Below are positions 36,329 through 51,812 of a DNA stretch of 64,000 nt, piece by piece. A model generated the notes under the pieces. The model saw nothing but the letters and a program-made list of their open reading frames with translations. It was not told the origin of the DNA and searched no databases. Numbering within the stretch: the first letter of the stretch is position 1; the number at the start of each line of letters is the position of its first letter. Position numbers and translations under genes: made by a program. Origin of the DNA: Lepidodermella squamata (taxonomy: Eukaryota; Animalia; Gastrotricha); contig JBLDXI010000009.1 in the NCBI GenBank assembly GCA_047495785.1, positions 1 through 64,000 of the forward strand, in the 5' to 3' direction.

Positions 36329-38242
36329 ATGGAGGTCCCAATTAACGCTCATGGCAAGAAAATATACCGGCTGGTATTAACTGGGGGTTTGTTATGCCTA
36401 AACCCGCATTACTTGTATGATCGATTACTTGTATCTAGGGCCATGTGGCGGAAAAACTACGGCTCAAGCAGTCCTTACTACAGTATTCGAAACGTTGGGT
36501 TGGAAGGTAAGCTTATATTGAATTAAATAGAAAGGCTGATGGTCAGGAGCATTATATCTACCAAATGATAACGCACAGCTTTCGTCTGTTGCCCTTCCTA
36601 TTTATTGCAAAGATTGACTAGAGAAGAGTAAAGATTAAGTTTTGATGAGAATATTAAGAAGTGTAACGTAACTTCTTAAAAATGCTGTTTATAAAATTAC
36701 AATTGAAAAGCAAATTAGTGTCTATCTTTTTGCGGATTTATTTTGGATGACTTTCTTTGTTTAGGTATATCGCACTCCGGAGGTGGCGACGATTCTGCTG
36801 AGGTTATTAATTTAGTTATTCATCTCGCGTCATATAGTTGACGATTAATTGTTTCAGCGGTGGGGTCAAATTCGCCGAGCTGAGCCGCGCTGATGTCTAC
36901 CGGTTTCAGGAGACACATCTCGTGAGAGTCATGCAAATTGAGCAAACATTTTACGATTTAGCGATGACTCAAAACCGTGATGTTTGTTTTTCAAACTCGC
37001 TGAATGCATTTTATGGTATGTAAAATATTTCATATTAGGTTCTTCTCGTGTGCGATCGGGGTTTCATGGATGCCGTTGCATGTGAGTGAGCGCAAAGTTT
37101 TTAATGCGCGTTTTGAGAGTCTTTGATTATGCAGATATGGACCCTGATGACTGGTCTGAATTGAAATCGATAAATAATTGGAACGAAGTCACATTGCGTG
37201 ATAAGCGCTACGACCATGTAGTGCACTTGGTCACAGCTGCTGACGGTGCCGAAGCGTTTTACACCACAGCGAATAACTCAGCGCGCAGCGAACCGGCCGA
37301 TTTGGCAAAGGAGCTCGATAATCGATGCCAGCGCGCGTGGATCGGTCACCCTTATTTCGACGTCATTGACAATTCGACCGCTTTTCCGGAAAAAATCAAC
37401 CGCCTGATCAGATGCGTGGCGACGCGCATGGGTATCGATTTGTCTGACCGTTTCGACGCATGTTCCACGAAGCGCAAGTGGCTGGTCAAGTCTTTGCCAG
37501 CGGACGCCGCCTTTCTCAAGTATGAAGATTTCGACGTGCAGCACATTTACCTTTTATCGCCGACACCTGGCGTCGAAGCCCGCATCCGCCGCCGCGGGAA
37601 GCCTGGGGCTGTTTGCTCGTTCCAACACACCTTGCGTCGCCAAATCGAAGGCCGGCGAGTGGAAACTCGTCAGCAGCTGACGCATCGCGACTACGACATG
37701 TTCGTGACTCAACGCGACATGGACCATTCTATTGCTGAAATGAAGAGGCGGTGCTTCATCTACAATAACCACTATTTCCAAGTGAGCATGACTGAATTTC
37801 GATCAGATTTAGTTCAATTCACAAATAAATTTAATTTCAGCTCGACGTGTACCTATTGCCATCGAACTGTGCAGGGCTAACACTGTTGACTACTTATACC
37901 CTGCAGGGCAGGGACGTCAAATTGCCGGACTTTTTGACGATCGAACGCGAGGTGACGAAAGATCCTGCGTTCTCCATGTATAATCTGACTCGTAAAGGGG
38001 ATTTCGAGTCGACTGAGAACAAACCTGCTCAGCCGGCGGAAAGCAACGGGTCTGCTAAACGGGTCGTCTGTCAGAACAACCACTGCAACGGCAACATCGA
38101 GCATATATGCGGCGTGATGAACGGATCACAGGCGTCCGGAAAAATGATCGAAGAGCTCGTCGAGTCATGCTGCTTAAAGCATGGACACAGCTGTTCAAAC
38201 GGTACCACTGCGGTCGCGGGTGGATCGACTCCGGCGTCTTAG
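36329..38242 (+). CDS. TTD14: TRPL translocation defect 14-like protein (NadR/Ttd14 AAA domain + CYTH-like domain), multi-exon
   Basis: Spliced P-loop RLVLTGG|PCGGKTT; CDRGFMD; RYDHVVHLVTAADGAEAFY; WIGHPYFDVIDN; KRRCFIYNNHYFQ. Confidence 0.85.
36913..36929 (+). other. Barcode bc1003 sequence within a TTD14 exon
   Basis: Exact 17-mer ACACATCTCGTGAGAGT. Confidence 0.75.
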
Positions 38243-39684
38243 CTGGCTGTTATATATCGACCGCCGGGACATCTTTGCCATATTGCAGACCATAATACTA
38301 CTATTATACTTTTTGTTGTTTGTTTGTGTTGTTGATTTTTCTATCTACACCCAAGTCAATAGGTTTTCGTAGCCAGTCGAATTTCAATTGGTTGCTCGCC
38401 ATAATCAACATATGGCAATGAAAGCAGCCACGTCACTATCGATCTAAAGCCCGCCTCATCTCTCAGCTGAAAAAAGGCGCGCGTCGGGAGATAATCAAAG
38501 TTCCGATCTCGCATTGCTCCTCTCGCTTTTTGGCAGCAGATGCGCCGTCCTCAAAATTGTTAAGTGTGTCAAAAAGTGCGCCAATTATTGAATGACAGCC
38601 ACTGAATGCACTGGGCGACATCGCATTTCCCATCACTTTTTTCTCCTTTCGTTTGACTCGCATAATCAAATCTATATATCGAACAATGCTTATTCATTCA
38701 TTCTCTGTTTCTCTTAATTTGATAATGCTGCGTGTGGTGGCTTTTTTTATTCTAGCGTATTATCTTGGAGACGGCGATAGATTGGAATCGAAGTCTTGTA
38801 GAATCAAGCTTACCGTAATTCTCATTATAGTTTGCATAAGTGATTTCTCATAGTCCTCTCCGCCCTAGTCAAGTTTTTGTTCCCGTCGTAGCCTAATGAT
38901 GTTTCCGAGCGTTAACTACACACTTATTAACTCATCAGAGTGTCTACCTGAAATTTTCTATATGACCAAATATTATTTGTTATTTTCACGGAATTGCAAT
39001 CATGACAACCTATATTTTCGATTAGTTACTCAGGATTATTCGTGAGACCGCAAAGACCGGCTCTCGACTGCTGTAAATCCGATGGAGAAGCTTTTTCATC
39101 CATTCGTCTCCATTCGCTGAGGTTTGTGCCGACCCCGATGTATTGCCTGGAGCTTGAATGTTTTCCCGGCAGCCGGTGTGTATGAGAGGATTGACCGTCA
39201 ATCGTTTGAGTTCCTAGTTTTGCGTTCATTAGTTTCTTGGTTTCCTAAAATAATTGAACTCTTATATGTAATGTAAATCAAATTGTAATTTTGAAATTCT
39301 TAATTACCTGATGGTCCAAATTTCCTCCGACTCCGTTGTTTCGATTTATTGTAATAAAAAAATCACGACCGTCCGATCATCGGGACGTCTCCATCCCATC
39401 TCGACTTGGAGCTATATTGTGATGCTATAAAAGATTATCCCTCGATTGATGATTCCTGTGCCTTGTAAAACTATTTCCTTACACCTAGACGATCGGCATG
39501 CTGACTCCGTTGATATCAGCGGATCGGCTGTTATTGTTTGGACCGGTCGGTTTTGAATTATTATCACGAACATCGCAATAAATCAGAACATTTCAAGTTG
39601 AACGTGTTTTGCTTTTTATTTCGTCAAATGGACAACTAGATCAAAAATTTTGAGCGTTAAAAATCCCGGCTATGCAGAGAGAGT

Positions 39685-42164
39685 TCAAGAAACAGTATAT
39701 TCTTCAATCACAGGTTCCGCCGCATCTGCGTCGAATTGATTTGCCAACTGGCTGGCACGAGCAGAAGTTCCGAGGCGTTCTTCGCGCTGCTCGGTAGCTG
39801 CCTCACTTTCACTCTGATCATCGTCATCAGCGTCGCTGTCTTGCTGGCTACCGCTGTTCCACTCTGACTTTTCCTGCATGGCGCCGTATGCCGATAACGG
39901 TTCATCGTCAGCGTGGGCGTATTCACGACGCACGTCGTCGTAGCGCCACGCCGTCAATCGATCGCGGCCGCGCTTTGCGTGACTGCCGGCGGCAGAGCTG
40001 ACAAGAACACCGCCTTGAACGACTGCGTCCCAACATGCCGCAAGTTGACACACCTGCGCAGCCAATAATTTCGTGAGCAACTCAAGAGAGCTCTTGGCAT
40101 CGGGGCGTGAGGCTGACTTCATTAGCAACTTGCGGCCGATTTGAACATTGACGTCGTCTTCAATTTGCTGTTACAGAATAAGCACAGAATAAGTTAAAAT
40201 AAAAATTGATGATGAAAACTTACATCTAGAATTACGCTCGTTTCGCTTTTACCGACACCAGTGGCTGATAGGGCAAAGAGAGGCCACTGACAAGGGTATG
40301 CTGCTGGAATTATGACATCGGCCACAAGAGTCACTATAAAAATAATACATCTAGCGATACTTGAGAGCATCAGGCCCGGACACTTACACTTAGCCTTCTC
40401 AAGTTTAATTCGGTAGTAGAACCCTCGCTCGTTCATGCTCGTAAAAGAGGTACTGCGCAAAGCAGCCTGGGGCAGCTCCAACTGATTGGCGGCGGCCAAG
40501 TCAACGGCGGCTTTCGACCCATCCAATTGGCCTAATAGATTGAATTCGGTGATACGAACATTAGCAGCGAGGTGTGACGGGAACGGGATTGCATCCAGTC
40601 CCTGAAGCACGCTCAAGGGAAACTGCTGCGTTTCGACGTCATCGAGAATGTTGTACAATGCCAGCCTAGAAGAAACACGTTCCGCAATAGCAGCGACAAA
40701 TTTGTCGGCTGTTAGAGCTGATTTCAAGAATTCGGTCTGTTCGAGGCAGTCGATTGTAATTGGAAGGGCCCCGCCAAACGATTGCAGCCAGGGGTGGGCA
40801 GCGTTCAACGCTGCGCTTGCTGCCGGCGTCAATGAGCTAGGCAGCTTTCGGCGAACGGCGGCGGATATAAAAACAGGACGACGGCGCTTCTTGATCAGGT
40901 CAGCCAAGAGCAACTGCGGACAGTCGAGGAGTGGCATAATCTTAGCCGGTATCATCGTAGTCAGGACGTTGCCCATCGAGTCTATAAGAGAAAGCTTGGC
41001 CTCAGCAACGAGCAGCTCATTGAGGTCTGGAAAACACGAAATCACCACTCGCAACTGTGCACTGGCTGCGTGGAGAACCAGGGCCACGCTGAAATCATGA
41101 ACATGAGTCGAAAGGTCTTTGAAAGCTGACGATGCTATGGATGAATTGGCGGTGGTCGGCACAATGTCGACGCTTTTCAGCTGACTCTCGGCGCCGACTT
41201 CTAACAGTGCACGCAGTTTGACGAAAATAGCATGAAGAGGCTGCGGCAAGTTCGCAGACTTTTCCGCCTGATAACGAATGGATTGATCGCTGATAGGCGC
41301 CGCCGAAGCCTTGCCGTTGCCCTTCAAAATCTCGTCCAAGCCACCGCTGGCTTCGATCACAGTCCGCAAACGCGGCCGCAGCGCATCGAGCAACGACCGC
41401 TTCGAGTCGATGCGGGCTGAGACGGCGTCGACCTCAGCTTCGACAGCTTTCAGCTGTTCAGCCAACGCCTTTCTTTGCTCCAACTCCCATGACAACCTAG
41501 CTTTAAACAGCTCATGGTCATTAGTACGAGTTTCCTCCGGCCTCGAAATCGAGCTTGGTGCTGCGGCATAGAATTCTTCGACTGGTACCAATGGAATGTC
41601 GTCGGCCCGTGATCTAAACATACGGCATGCCGCTATTTGGCGTTCTAAATGGCCAACTTCATAGAGCTAAGGAAGGAAAAATGTATACTTATTTTTGTCA
41701 TCACTCGAATTTCAGTTAATTACCAGATTCTCAAGTGCAAGATGCTTGTTTTCAGCAGATTGCCGCGCCGTCGCTACTGCGTCGCGAGATGATTTCAAGC
41801 GGAGTTGCAGCAATCTATTGACATTTCGCAATCCGACCAGGCTAACTCGAACGTTGGGGGCCTGAGCTTTCTTGGAAACCTCTTTCGGATCGCTGGAGAC
41901 CACACTTCTGACGACATCACACAGCTTGAGATCTTCAATGAGGCAGCTATCTGTTTTCATCGATGTCGCCGTGGATTCTTCAGCCGTATATGCCAGCTGT
42001 TCAACTTTGTCATCAACAGATGGCGCAGCATTTGAAGGCACTGATGTGGCTTCGGAAACAGGAGTAACTCGAGCAGTTTTCGCTACACTCCCAGTTTCAC
42101 TGGTGGTTTCAGTTTTTGCAGCGACACTGACTCGAGCTGTGCGCTTGGGAGCCGTATTAGACAT
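39685..42164 (-). CDS. THOC5: THO complex subunit 5 (FMIP), multi-exon
   Basis: LRNVNR...LENL|LYEVGHLERQIAACRMFRS...LVPVEEFY..AP...RLSWELEQRK; C-terminal RGRDR motif. Confidence 0.88.
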
Positions 42165-42311
42165 ATCTTATCAGGTTCAATTAATAACTTTCTAAAATAG
42201 AGCAGAGATCACACAATTGAACTGAATATATAGGCTTAAATTTGTATTTTATTCTCCAACAAATCATCAAGAGAAGCCACGCCAAACTTCCAGTGATAAA
42301 AAATGAGCAAT

Positions 42312-43310
42312 TTAGAGCACAAATCGACGGCGGCTCGCTTCCATCTCATGGTGTCTGAAGATCCATTCAAACTCTCCATGTTTGCAGTCGAAGGTGGTAG
42401 GCTGTAGCGCGCGTAATCTGAGAGTGAACCTCGGCCCAACTTCGTTGAGCTTGAACGGTCGAGAGGTCGTAGATGGACCAAATCGATGTTGCCGAAAGAA
42501 AATGTAATCACGCTGGTTGTGGAACGTAACAACGCGCCCATGCTCGACAGGTACTGGCGGGGCGTTACTGCAGCTACCTGGAAAAAGGCTAGCCAACAAA
42601 TTTCCAATGCGAACGCCCAAGCGTGTTGTAAAATTGTTGGCGAGCAGTTGCGGCGGCGGATCAACCTGTTGGCCGGACATGAGCTTCCTCCGCTTAGACG
42701 GCGGTGCTACTCTGGCACTTTGCTGGCGTGACATACCGTGCAGCTCACCTGCGAGTTGCATGCTGCTGAGTCGAAATCTCGCTGTCGGACCGTCAGGCAG
42801 ACGACTGATCAGCATACCTGTTGGCTCTTCGCGATTTTCCGTGACTATAACATATGTCGTGTATCCGAGTGCAACCAACTGTTTAGTCGAGCGCTTGATA
42901 GAGACCCTCCTCCGCCATCGAAACTCGCAGTTTGGAATAGTTGCGGCAAGTTGTCGACAAAACATTCTAGTGCGGCGCGAAGGTTCGATAGAACACGTTA
43001 GCAAAACTTTGTGGCTTGGTTCCACTTCATCTTCTACTGCTTCAACATCCGTGACATTTTTCAACTTTCCTTCGTCAATTAACACTTCTTCATCGCCAGA
43101 TGGAACCTCGGTGTTATCAAGTTCACGCATATTTTCAATAGTCTTGGGTATTTCTTTCGGTCGTCCATCAGCTAAACGCTGCTTCCGTCGAGCTATGCGC
43201 TCCTTTCGCTGCTGAATTTTCAAATCCCGAACAAGGCTCTTTCGCTTTTCCTTATTCTTTACATCTGACAATCTCGACTTCAAAAAATCAATGGTTCCTT
43301 CTTGCTCCAT
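42312..43310 (-). CDS. RPF1: Ribosome production factor 1 (Brix domain), single exon
   Basis: IPKTIENMRE, LPDGPTARFRLS, NNFTTRLG, VTFHNQRDYIFFR, EVGPRFTLRL, MEASRRRFVL. Confidence 0.93.
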   Translation of the reverse strand: MEQEGTIDFLKSRLSDVKNKEKRKSLVRDLKIQQRKERIARRKQRLADGRPKEIPKTIENMRELDNTEVPSGDEEVLIDEGKLKNVTDVEAVEDEVEPSHKVLLTCSIEPSRRTRMFCRQLAATIPNCEFRWRRRVSIKRSTKQLVALGYTTYVIVTENREEPTGMLISRLPDGPTARFRLSSMQLAGELHGMSRQQSARVAPPSKRRKLMSGQQVDPPPQLLANNFTTRLGVRIGNLLASLFPGSCSNAPPVPVEHGRVVTFHNQRDYIFFRQHRFGPSTTSRPFKLNEVGPRFTLRLRALQPTTFDCKHGEFEWIFRHHEMEASRRRFVL

Positions 43311-46073
43311 TGCCGAGGAAGTGATTAATAACAAACTATAAAATCGAACAACATATGAAATCGCAAGCTGTTCCGTGATATTAAATACAACAAATCAAGA
43401 TTTGGGGTCCCGAAAAGAATCTGCAATGATATCAAATGATTACGCTCCGATTTGAACTGGTCATCAAATATAAAAGCAGGCTCCGAGTCGGCGTGGTGTA
43501 ATACCCAAATACATTGGTTTGTGCGTGCAGTTTGAAGTCTATAGTATTAGGAATGGAGCAAACGCAGCGTGAATTACACTGCGCAAAATACCCGTCCATC
43601 GTAAATCAAAATAAGTATTCATGTTTCGCGGTAAATCTGAGGTGAATTTGTGCAAAAAATTAACCGATTTTTTTAGGATCGGGTATACTTCAAGAAAATG
43701 CAAAATGTTTACGGTGCAAACATGATTTATCGCAAACGACAAGCGAATCGCAGACCAGGGACAGGACTTTTAGCGCAGTTTACAGACTGGCTGAAATACT
43801 GCGAAAGTTTTCAACTTCGGACCAGCTTCGTGCCATTCACATCAGTACGAATTTGACTATCAATTTTTACATGCCCACAAAGTTCACATTTCGAGCCACT
43901 GAAAATGAACCGGATAAAAGTCTGTTAGGCAGCTTTCACTGTAAATATAATTTTTGTTCATCTTGGCATTGAAGACGCTGTTGACCGGCGAATAAGTAGG
44001 CCCAAAAATTGTAGGAGAACTAAGAACCAAGGGAAGTCAACATTTCATCAGAGGAAAGAGTGAAGTTGTTCTCACTAACAGTAAATTGCCCTAGGGATGC
44101 CGCCGCATTACAGAGCTCGTCACTATCATCATCTTCCGTTATATTGCAACAAGAAATGTAAACCCAATGAAACCAATGAAACGAATCCAAATCGTCGCTC
44201 GATTTGGTAAGGAAACTTAGTGTAATAATTTTATAAATATAGTTGCTCGCGTTTACAACTCAAACTTTAGGAAAAAGTATAATTTAAAGAGAGGTTAATC
44301 CTCAAATCGACCGTAGCACACACAAACTGCATCGAGTATTCCTGATGCAGAGTTCTTACTATGCTGGAGCGTCGAGTGGTGAGTGGTGAGTGGTCGCGCC
44401 GCGACTCCAGTCTTCACCCCCAAAATGACGTGTGGCCTACTTTGAAAAGCGACCACAGGGGGGACCCTTACTATTTATGGGCGTGGCGTACAAAAATTCG
44501 TTTCTCTAAATTTTCAAGTCTAATCGTCGCGACTGAAATACTGCGAAAAAACGAGGCATTTTATACCAGGCGGAGTAGTATTGGGATATTTAGCGAGCTT
44601 TGAGTGTGCTCCTGTGCTGATTGGCTGCTAAACTCGGAAATTGACACTACCCTACTCGGTGTGCGGCGTTCGCGCGCGATGGCTCGGTTTTGGATTATCT
44701 ACGCCACTGGGATTATCCGGGGATCCGTATCAGAGGCTTGAAATCGAAAGTCACAACACGCAAAACATCAGCCCAAGCTAAACAGCGTCATCAGCCAGAG
44801 AATGCGGCTTGAGAGCGCAGTTTGGAAAGTTCCTCGAACTAAAAAACATTCGTTATTTTTTCTTGACATTTAATAAAATGTGGCATTCTCGATGCATAAA
44901 TATTGTTACCTTATATAAAAAAATGAATGATTATGTTTTAAAATTACGGAAAACAGCTGATTTTAAATCTTCCCGGCTCCGCGTCAGCTGTTTTTTGACG
45001 GCGGTGTGGCGCTGCGTCTTTTGCTACGGTGTGTTAGTACGTGTTTTTGCAGCTATGATTTTTTTTGTCCGACTGTCGTGTGCACTACATTGTTTGAGCT
45101 ATTGGCGTGCATTAATATTTTTTCTCGTCAATATTCTTACAATGCCGACCACGAACCAGAGTTTATAGCTTGTTTTTGTTGAGAGATGCTGTCTGATTTT
45201 AGGCCGTGTTTGTTACCATCTTTAATCCTGGCTTCTCAGTGGAATAGATGAATTCACATTCATCTCTGCGAAGCCGCGTCACTTAGAGTCTTCTGATAGC
45301 ATATATTCTATTTCAGTCTTTAGTTTCTTTAGTAGTTTCCTTTTCTGTCATGTAGCATTTCTTTTTGGGTATGATGTAAGTATTTCAAAATCGAAATAAA
45401 TCTGTATTTGTATCTACGCTGCGCAAAAAAGTCCGGTCCACCTAGTCAAAATGATCATTTTCGTGGGGAATTTGTGCACAAGTTCTTTGAGATCGGGTAT
45501 GCATCAAGAATGCAAACCCTTCATAAATTTCACTTAATTACCTCTATATTCTATACTTCAAAAACCTCATGAATCCACCATTGGTTAAGAATTTATATTA
45601 GATAGATTCCAAGAATTATTTTTTTACAGCGGCTAACTTTCAACTTCCATAAGAAGGTTTGGTTGTATCAGACTGAAAGATTTTCCGGGTAAGAAAATTC
45701 AAGGAGAAAGCGAAGACAATAAATGTTTCATGTCCCTTCCGTGATCCCCTTATGAAAGCTTTATATCAAAGACTCAGTGTCGCTCTGATATATTTAAAAT
45801 GTTTTACATTCTGGCTTTGGATAGCAAACAACGCGTGTCGTAATCAAGGTGGATTTCCAACGAAGAGTGGAAGATGAGAGGGAAGAAGAAGAAGGAAGAA
45901 GAAGAAGGAAGAAAAGGAGACGGAAGAGGAAGAACGAATTACGCCGAATTTGAAATAGGGAGTGGCGTTCCTTTAACTTATCAGGTCGTATCAGGATCAC
46001 AAATTTTCCTTCATTCCCTTTTGAAATTTTATTCTTTCCGTAGATTGCTTTATAGCATAAATTGACAGTCAAA

Positions 46074-47558
<1,485 letters not shown>

Positions 47559-48494
47559 AACAATGACACCAACTTTCTAACAAGTGACTGCTTTACAAGC
47601 ACTTCCCCAATGTCTAGATATTAATCTTGATATTAGTCGAAAAATCGAATTTCCTCTCCAGCTCTCATCTTTCGCACGTAGATAGGCCTCGACAGTTGTT
47701 TCTTTCTCAAGAGATGAATTTTTGTGTTCTAATGATATTGTGCTAAAATCAGTATTCAACTGAACATTGCTTTCCATGGCAAATTGTTGCAAGATACAAC
47801 CATAAATTTGTAAATTTATTTTTTGATCCCTTTCTCGGTGATGGCTGAATGTGCAATAAATATAATATTCGCACTGCTAAGGAGGTCGTTTGTTGCTATT
47901 AACACGTGGGTAATTAGCCATGCTCGATGTCCATCATGAGAGGCGCGACATGCGATACTTGGTAGCTTGGATACCATCTAACAATAGTAATTGTTTAGAA
48001 TTACAGAGGTAAAATGTTTAACGCGCTTAATTAATTTATCGACTGACGGCGGCACTTATGATGGCAGTATAGATCGTTTTTCTAGAGCGTCCATCGCTGT
48101 ATTGTAATGGACTGGACTTTTACATCGATAGAAAACGGGAAAATACGCGCCTGTACATAACAACGCGGCGAGAAACCTAGCAACCACCCTCGTGTAAGCA
48201 TTGTACTACTACTGAGCGTACCCATCCACCTACAGTAATACAACATTATATTGATATGTGCCGTCTTTTCAATTGACGTCCCAGACCATATCGCAGTTAT
48301 AATATTTATTCAGGCGATGCGCATCTGCTGGACCCTCTATATTATTGAAAAAATTCTGCAGCTTATTGAATGGCCATACTTATTGAAAAATGTTGCAGAC
48401 TACTGCTCATAACTGTGCACCTTTAATTATAATTTAATCATGATTCCTTCACAAATTACGAATTTTTAGGCAGCTCTTATCAAGTTTCGTCGAA

Positions 48495-50480
48495 ATGCCC
48501 GTTTTGCCGCAAGCCTTTTGGTACAAGGTAGATGGAAAGCTCAAACAAGTTTTCTTCGAGGAGGCGAAAATACCACGTAGGTGGTCGCTAAACTTGAATT
48601 TGACTGCAAACATGCACATTTTATTATTTGACTGATAATAACACAGAGGAGAAGCGCGATGCCTTGATGAAACATCTACAGCGAACACGCGACTACGCAG
48701 GCCGAGCTGGCGGCACCCCAGTCGCTGGCGAAGATCACCAGCCACCGCAAGGCACAGAGCGAGAAAAAACTTACGGCTGGTACCCACCAGCCCCAGGCGC
48801 TCAGTTCATGACCAACAACCAAGCGCGGCTTGATAGACGTGTCTTGAAGCCTAACGAGCATCGCGCTGTAATGGCTGTTCCCGATGATAGGATTCGCGAA
48901 CCCGTCTCGACGCAATACGGCCCGGATGGAACGCCTGCCTGCATTCCGCCTTACCCGACTGATCCGCTGGCGTACAAATACTCAATTGAAAACACGACTC
49001 ATTTACCTGTGCCAAAAGCCGCGCCAGATTTCAACAGATGGGAGCTCGAAGAAGCAGGTTGGCTGATAACATAATATTATTAGCTCAAATAGCCACAATT
49101 AATTGACGCTTGATCAGTATTAATGGGATAAGTCGCTTATCATTGAATCATCGTTAATAGGTCGCATCCCTCAGTGGAACGACGTGGTGACTTTTCACGG
49201 AACATCAACAAAAACCGACTACCGCCCTCGAACAATAGCTGCAGTGCAAGTAGCCGAAGATGCCATGGCCGAGCTGAATCGTCTGAAGCCAGCGGCTCAA
49301 ACAGATCACCCGCACGGCCGGCCGCTGACACTGCCAACAAACGGCAGAAAGTCGCCTGCTCCGCAACCCGCCGCCACGGAGCAATCACGTGAGTTTTTCT
49401 TAGTTGAACTGCGTTCTTAGTTTTCAGCGTTTGACCCGTGATCTCAAATTTTAGCTCGGCGAGGAAGTGCACGCGGCGTGAAGGTGGACGCGACTCCGAT
49501 CATCAACAAAATAAATGCAGCGGTCAGCCACAGTATTTCAGCGGCTCCCAACGGAAGCGGCCGACAGGCGCGCAACCGCAACGCCATGTCCCATTCGACG
49601 GCGGCTACGCCCCCAACTCAGAACCTATCGTTGCGCGAGATTCAGGAAATGCAAAAACGTCTAGCGACAGGTTAATTTCGCTGCCTATGAACTATATGCC
49701 ATTAATCTTTCTTGCGGTTATAGACTACCGGTGGCGTTTCCACGTACAAGGCGACCCGTTTGCTGTAAAGGTTAGCTTTCTTTTTTTACTTGTCGATTTC
49801 TCCCCGCAATGCAGATATTATTAGACATCAGGAATTTTCGCCACGAGGGTAATTTTCCACTATTAGATACTTGATTTTCATGCTACACTTAGCAGGCTAT
49901 TCATGTCTTCTGTTTATACAAAGTTTCAGCACTAGACAACTCGCCCTACCGGGGAGCTCTGAAATAAATAATGAAAATAAAATTTCAAGACAACATAGAT
50001 TCTTGAAACTCTCTATGAACACGTTATATTATGTTGTTTCAAAGATTACTTCAGCTAACATTTTTTGACCGACTTGTTGATGAGATTTTTTTATATTGCT
50101 TTATAGAGTAAAGCCAGGCCGGCCCGACATCCACATTACATGAACACGAAGGCTGAAGCGCCAAGGAACGTTGAGCGCCACGTTCACTACGCCGATTCGT
50201 CGACTTTCTTCTACAACACAATTCCGATAATTCCTCTCTCCTTCGACGTTGGTGAGTGCCTTCGAAAAACGCATCCCATGCATTTGTCAAATTTCTTTGA
50301 AAGCGATCAAAATTCAAACATTAGTCATCGTCTTTTTTATAGGAGCGATTTTCTCCTTGTTGTCAACTGTTGAGTTTTAGTAATTATTTTTCGATTATTT
50401 TTCAGGACAAGGCCTGGCTTCGGAGAAGATAATCCGGGAACGAAATGCCAAGCAAAAGTTCGCTCCGAAATCAACTAAAG
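48495..50480 (+). CDS. Hypothetical multi-exon protein
   Basis: Successive GC-richer open segments separated by short GT-AG introns (e.g. the 148-aa ORF 48628-49074); no recognisable domain; end approximate. Confidence 0.4.
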
Positions 50481-50896
50481 ACGATCGGTACTTCATCCCA
50501 GCTTTCATTTACTGACGAAATCTGGAAGTGGTACGCGACCCTCCTGAAACATATATTATTTCTTGTCTCATTTTTGTAAGAACTAATTTTCGAACTGATT
50601 TTCGATCTGATGTGGCTCATCTGTCTTTGACTGATAAGGCTATTTGTTGCGCTTTGTTGCGGGCTTGCATCGATGCCATGCCGACCGGCTAAAGCCAATT
50701 TCAAGTTATTTTACAGCTTGTGAATCTACGAATCTGATTTTTAGGCGATGTATTTATTAACACAATACATGCATTCATTATTTCGCATTTGTTTACTTTT
50801 ATAATTCGTTCCTTTTTTATTCGAATTCGAAGACTTTACGAAAACACTTGCAAATGAATAAAATACTCGAGTTTTAACATGACTTCCCTTTTTTAA

Positions 50897-51812
50897 GTGC
50901 GGTTCACCAACTCGTGTGTAAAATACACATTCATGATTCATCGTTCTTTTCTTATGCGCAAAATCCATCTCTTGCAAAAAGCGGTCGAGAAGCCATTTGA
51001 ATCATGAACGATGAACGAAACCCTTTCACAATTTTGTTTGTTTGCGACTTTGTGTTGATCGAAAACAAACGAAGCCGCCACTGAGCACAGAACCTATGAT
51101 GTTGGTTTCGCACGTTCAGAGCTGAACCACTATACCACTAGCGAGCTTCGGTGATTGCGGCCGTTTCTGTCATTATCTTGCATTTTTGCTATTGACTTAC
51201 AGTATCAGAACTGTAGAACTAGCGTTAATTCAATTTTCGAATTCTTCTCGACTACATTCCCCGCTTTAACGCTAGCCATTCGGATTCAAAGCTATGGCCG
51301 CGATGTCATTATCGCCAAAAATAACTGAATCAGCTAGTTTGAAGCCCCTGTTTAATATTTCAGACAATTTTACAATTTTATCAGTGTCGACTAATTAATC
51401 GGCCCAATTAGAGTGCTCTAACTGAAGATAAAGGTCAAAGGATTGTAATTTATTGAAATGGGTTTTAAAAATAATTGAATTGTAATGAATTGTTTCCAAT
51501 AATATCCATAATATCCAAGTCAACAGCGAAAATAGAAGATGATGACATAAACGCCTGAATTAACGCAAGCTCACTGGTGGCATAGTGGGTTAAGCTCGAA
51601 CTATCATGCCAAGTGTCGTGAGTTCTGTGCCTTGCGGCCGCATTCCTGTTTTTGACGCATATAAAAAGAAAAAATTGGCTAAGCAGCTATTTGAATCATG
51701 AATTATGAAAAATAATTTGTGAAAGGGTTTCGTTCATCGTTCATGATTCAAGTGAGCCTGGAAAAAATCTTTTGCATCATTCATGTGGAAAGCACGAGTT
51801 TGTGAATCGCCC
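50897..51812. mobile_element. MITE-like inverted-repeat element
   Basis: Perfect 35-bp inverted repeat 50997-51031/51717-51751; imperfect outer arms GTGCGGTTCACCAACTCGTG / CACGAGTTTGTGAATCGCCC; degenerate inverted tRNA-like segments inside. Confidence 0.55.

Noticed and set aside
40648-43215. Plus-strand ORFs opposite THOC5 and RPF1
   Set aside because: Antisense shadows of real coding sequence
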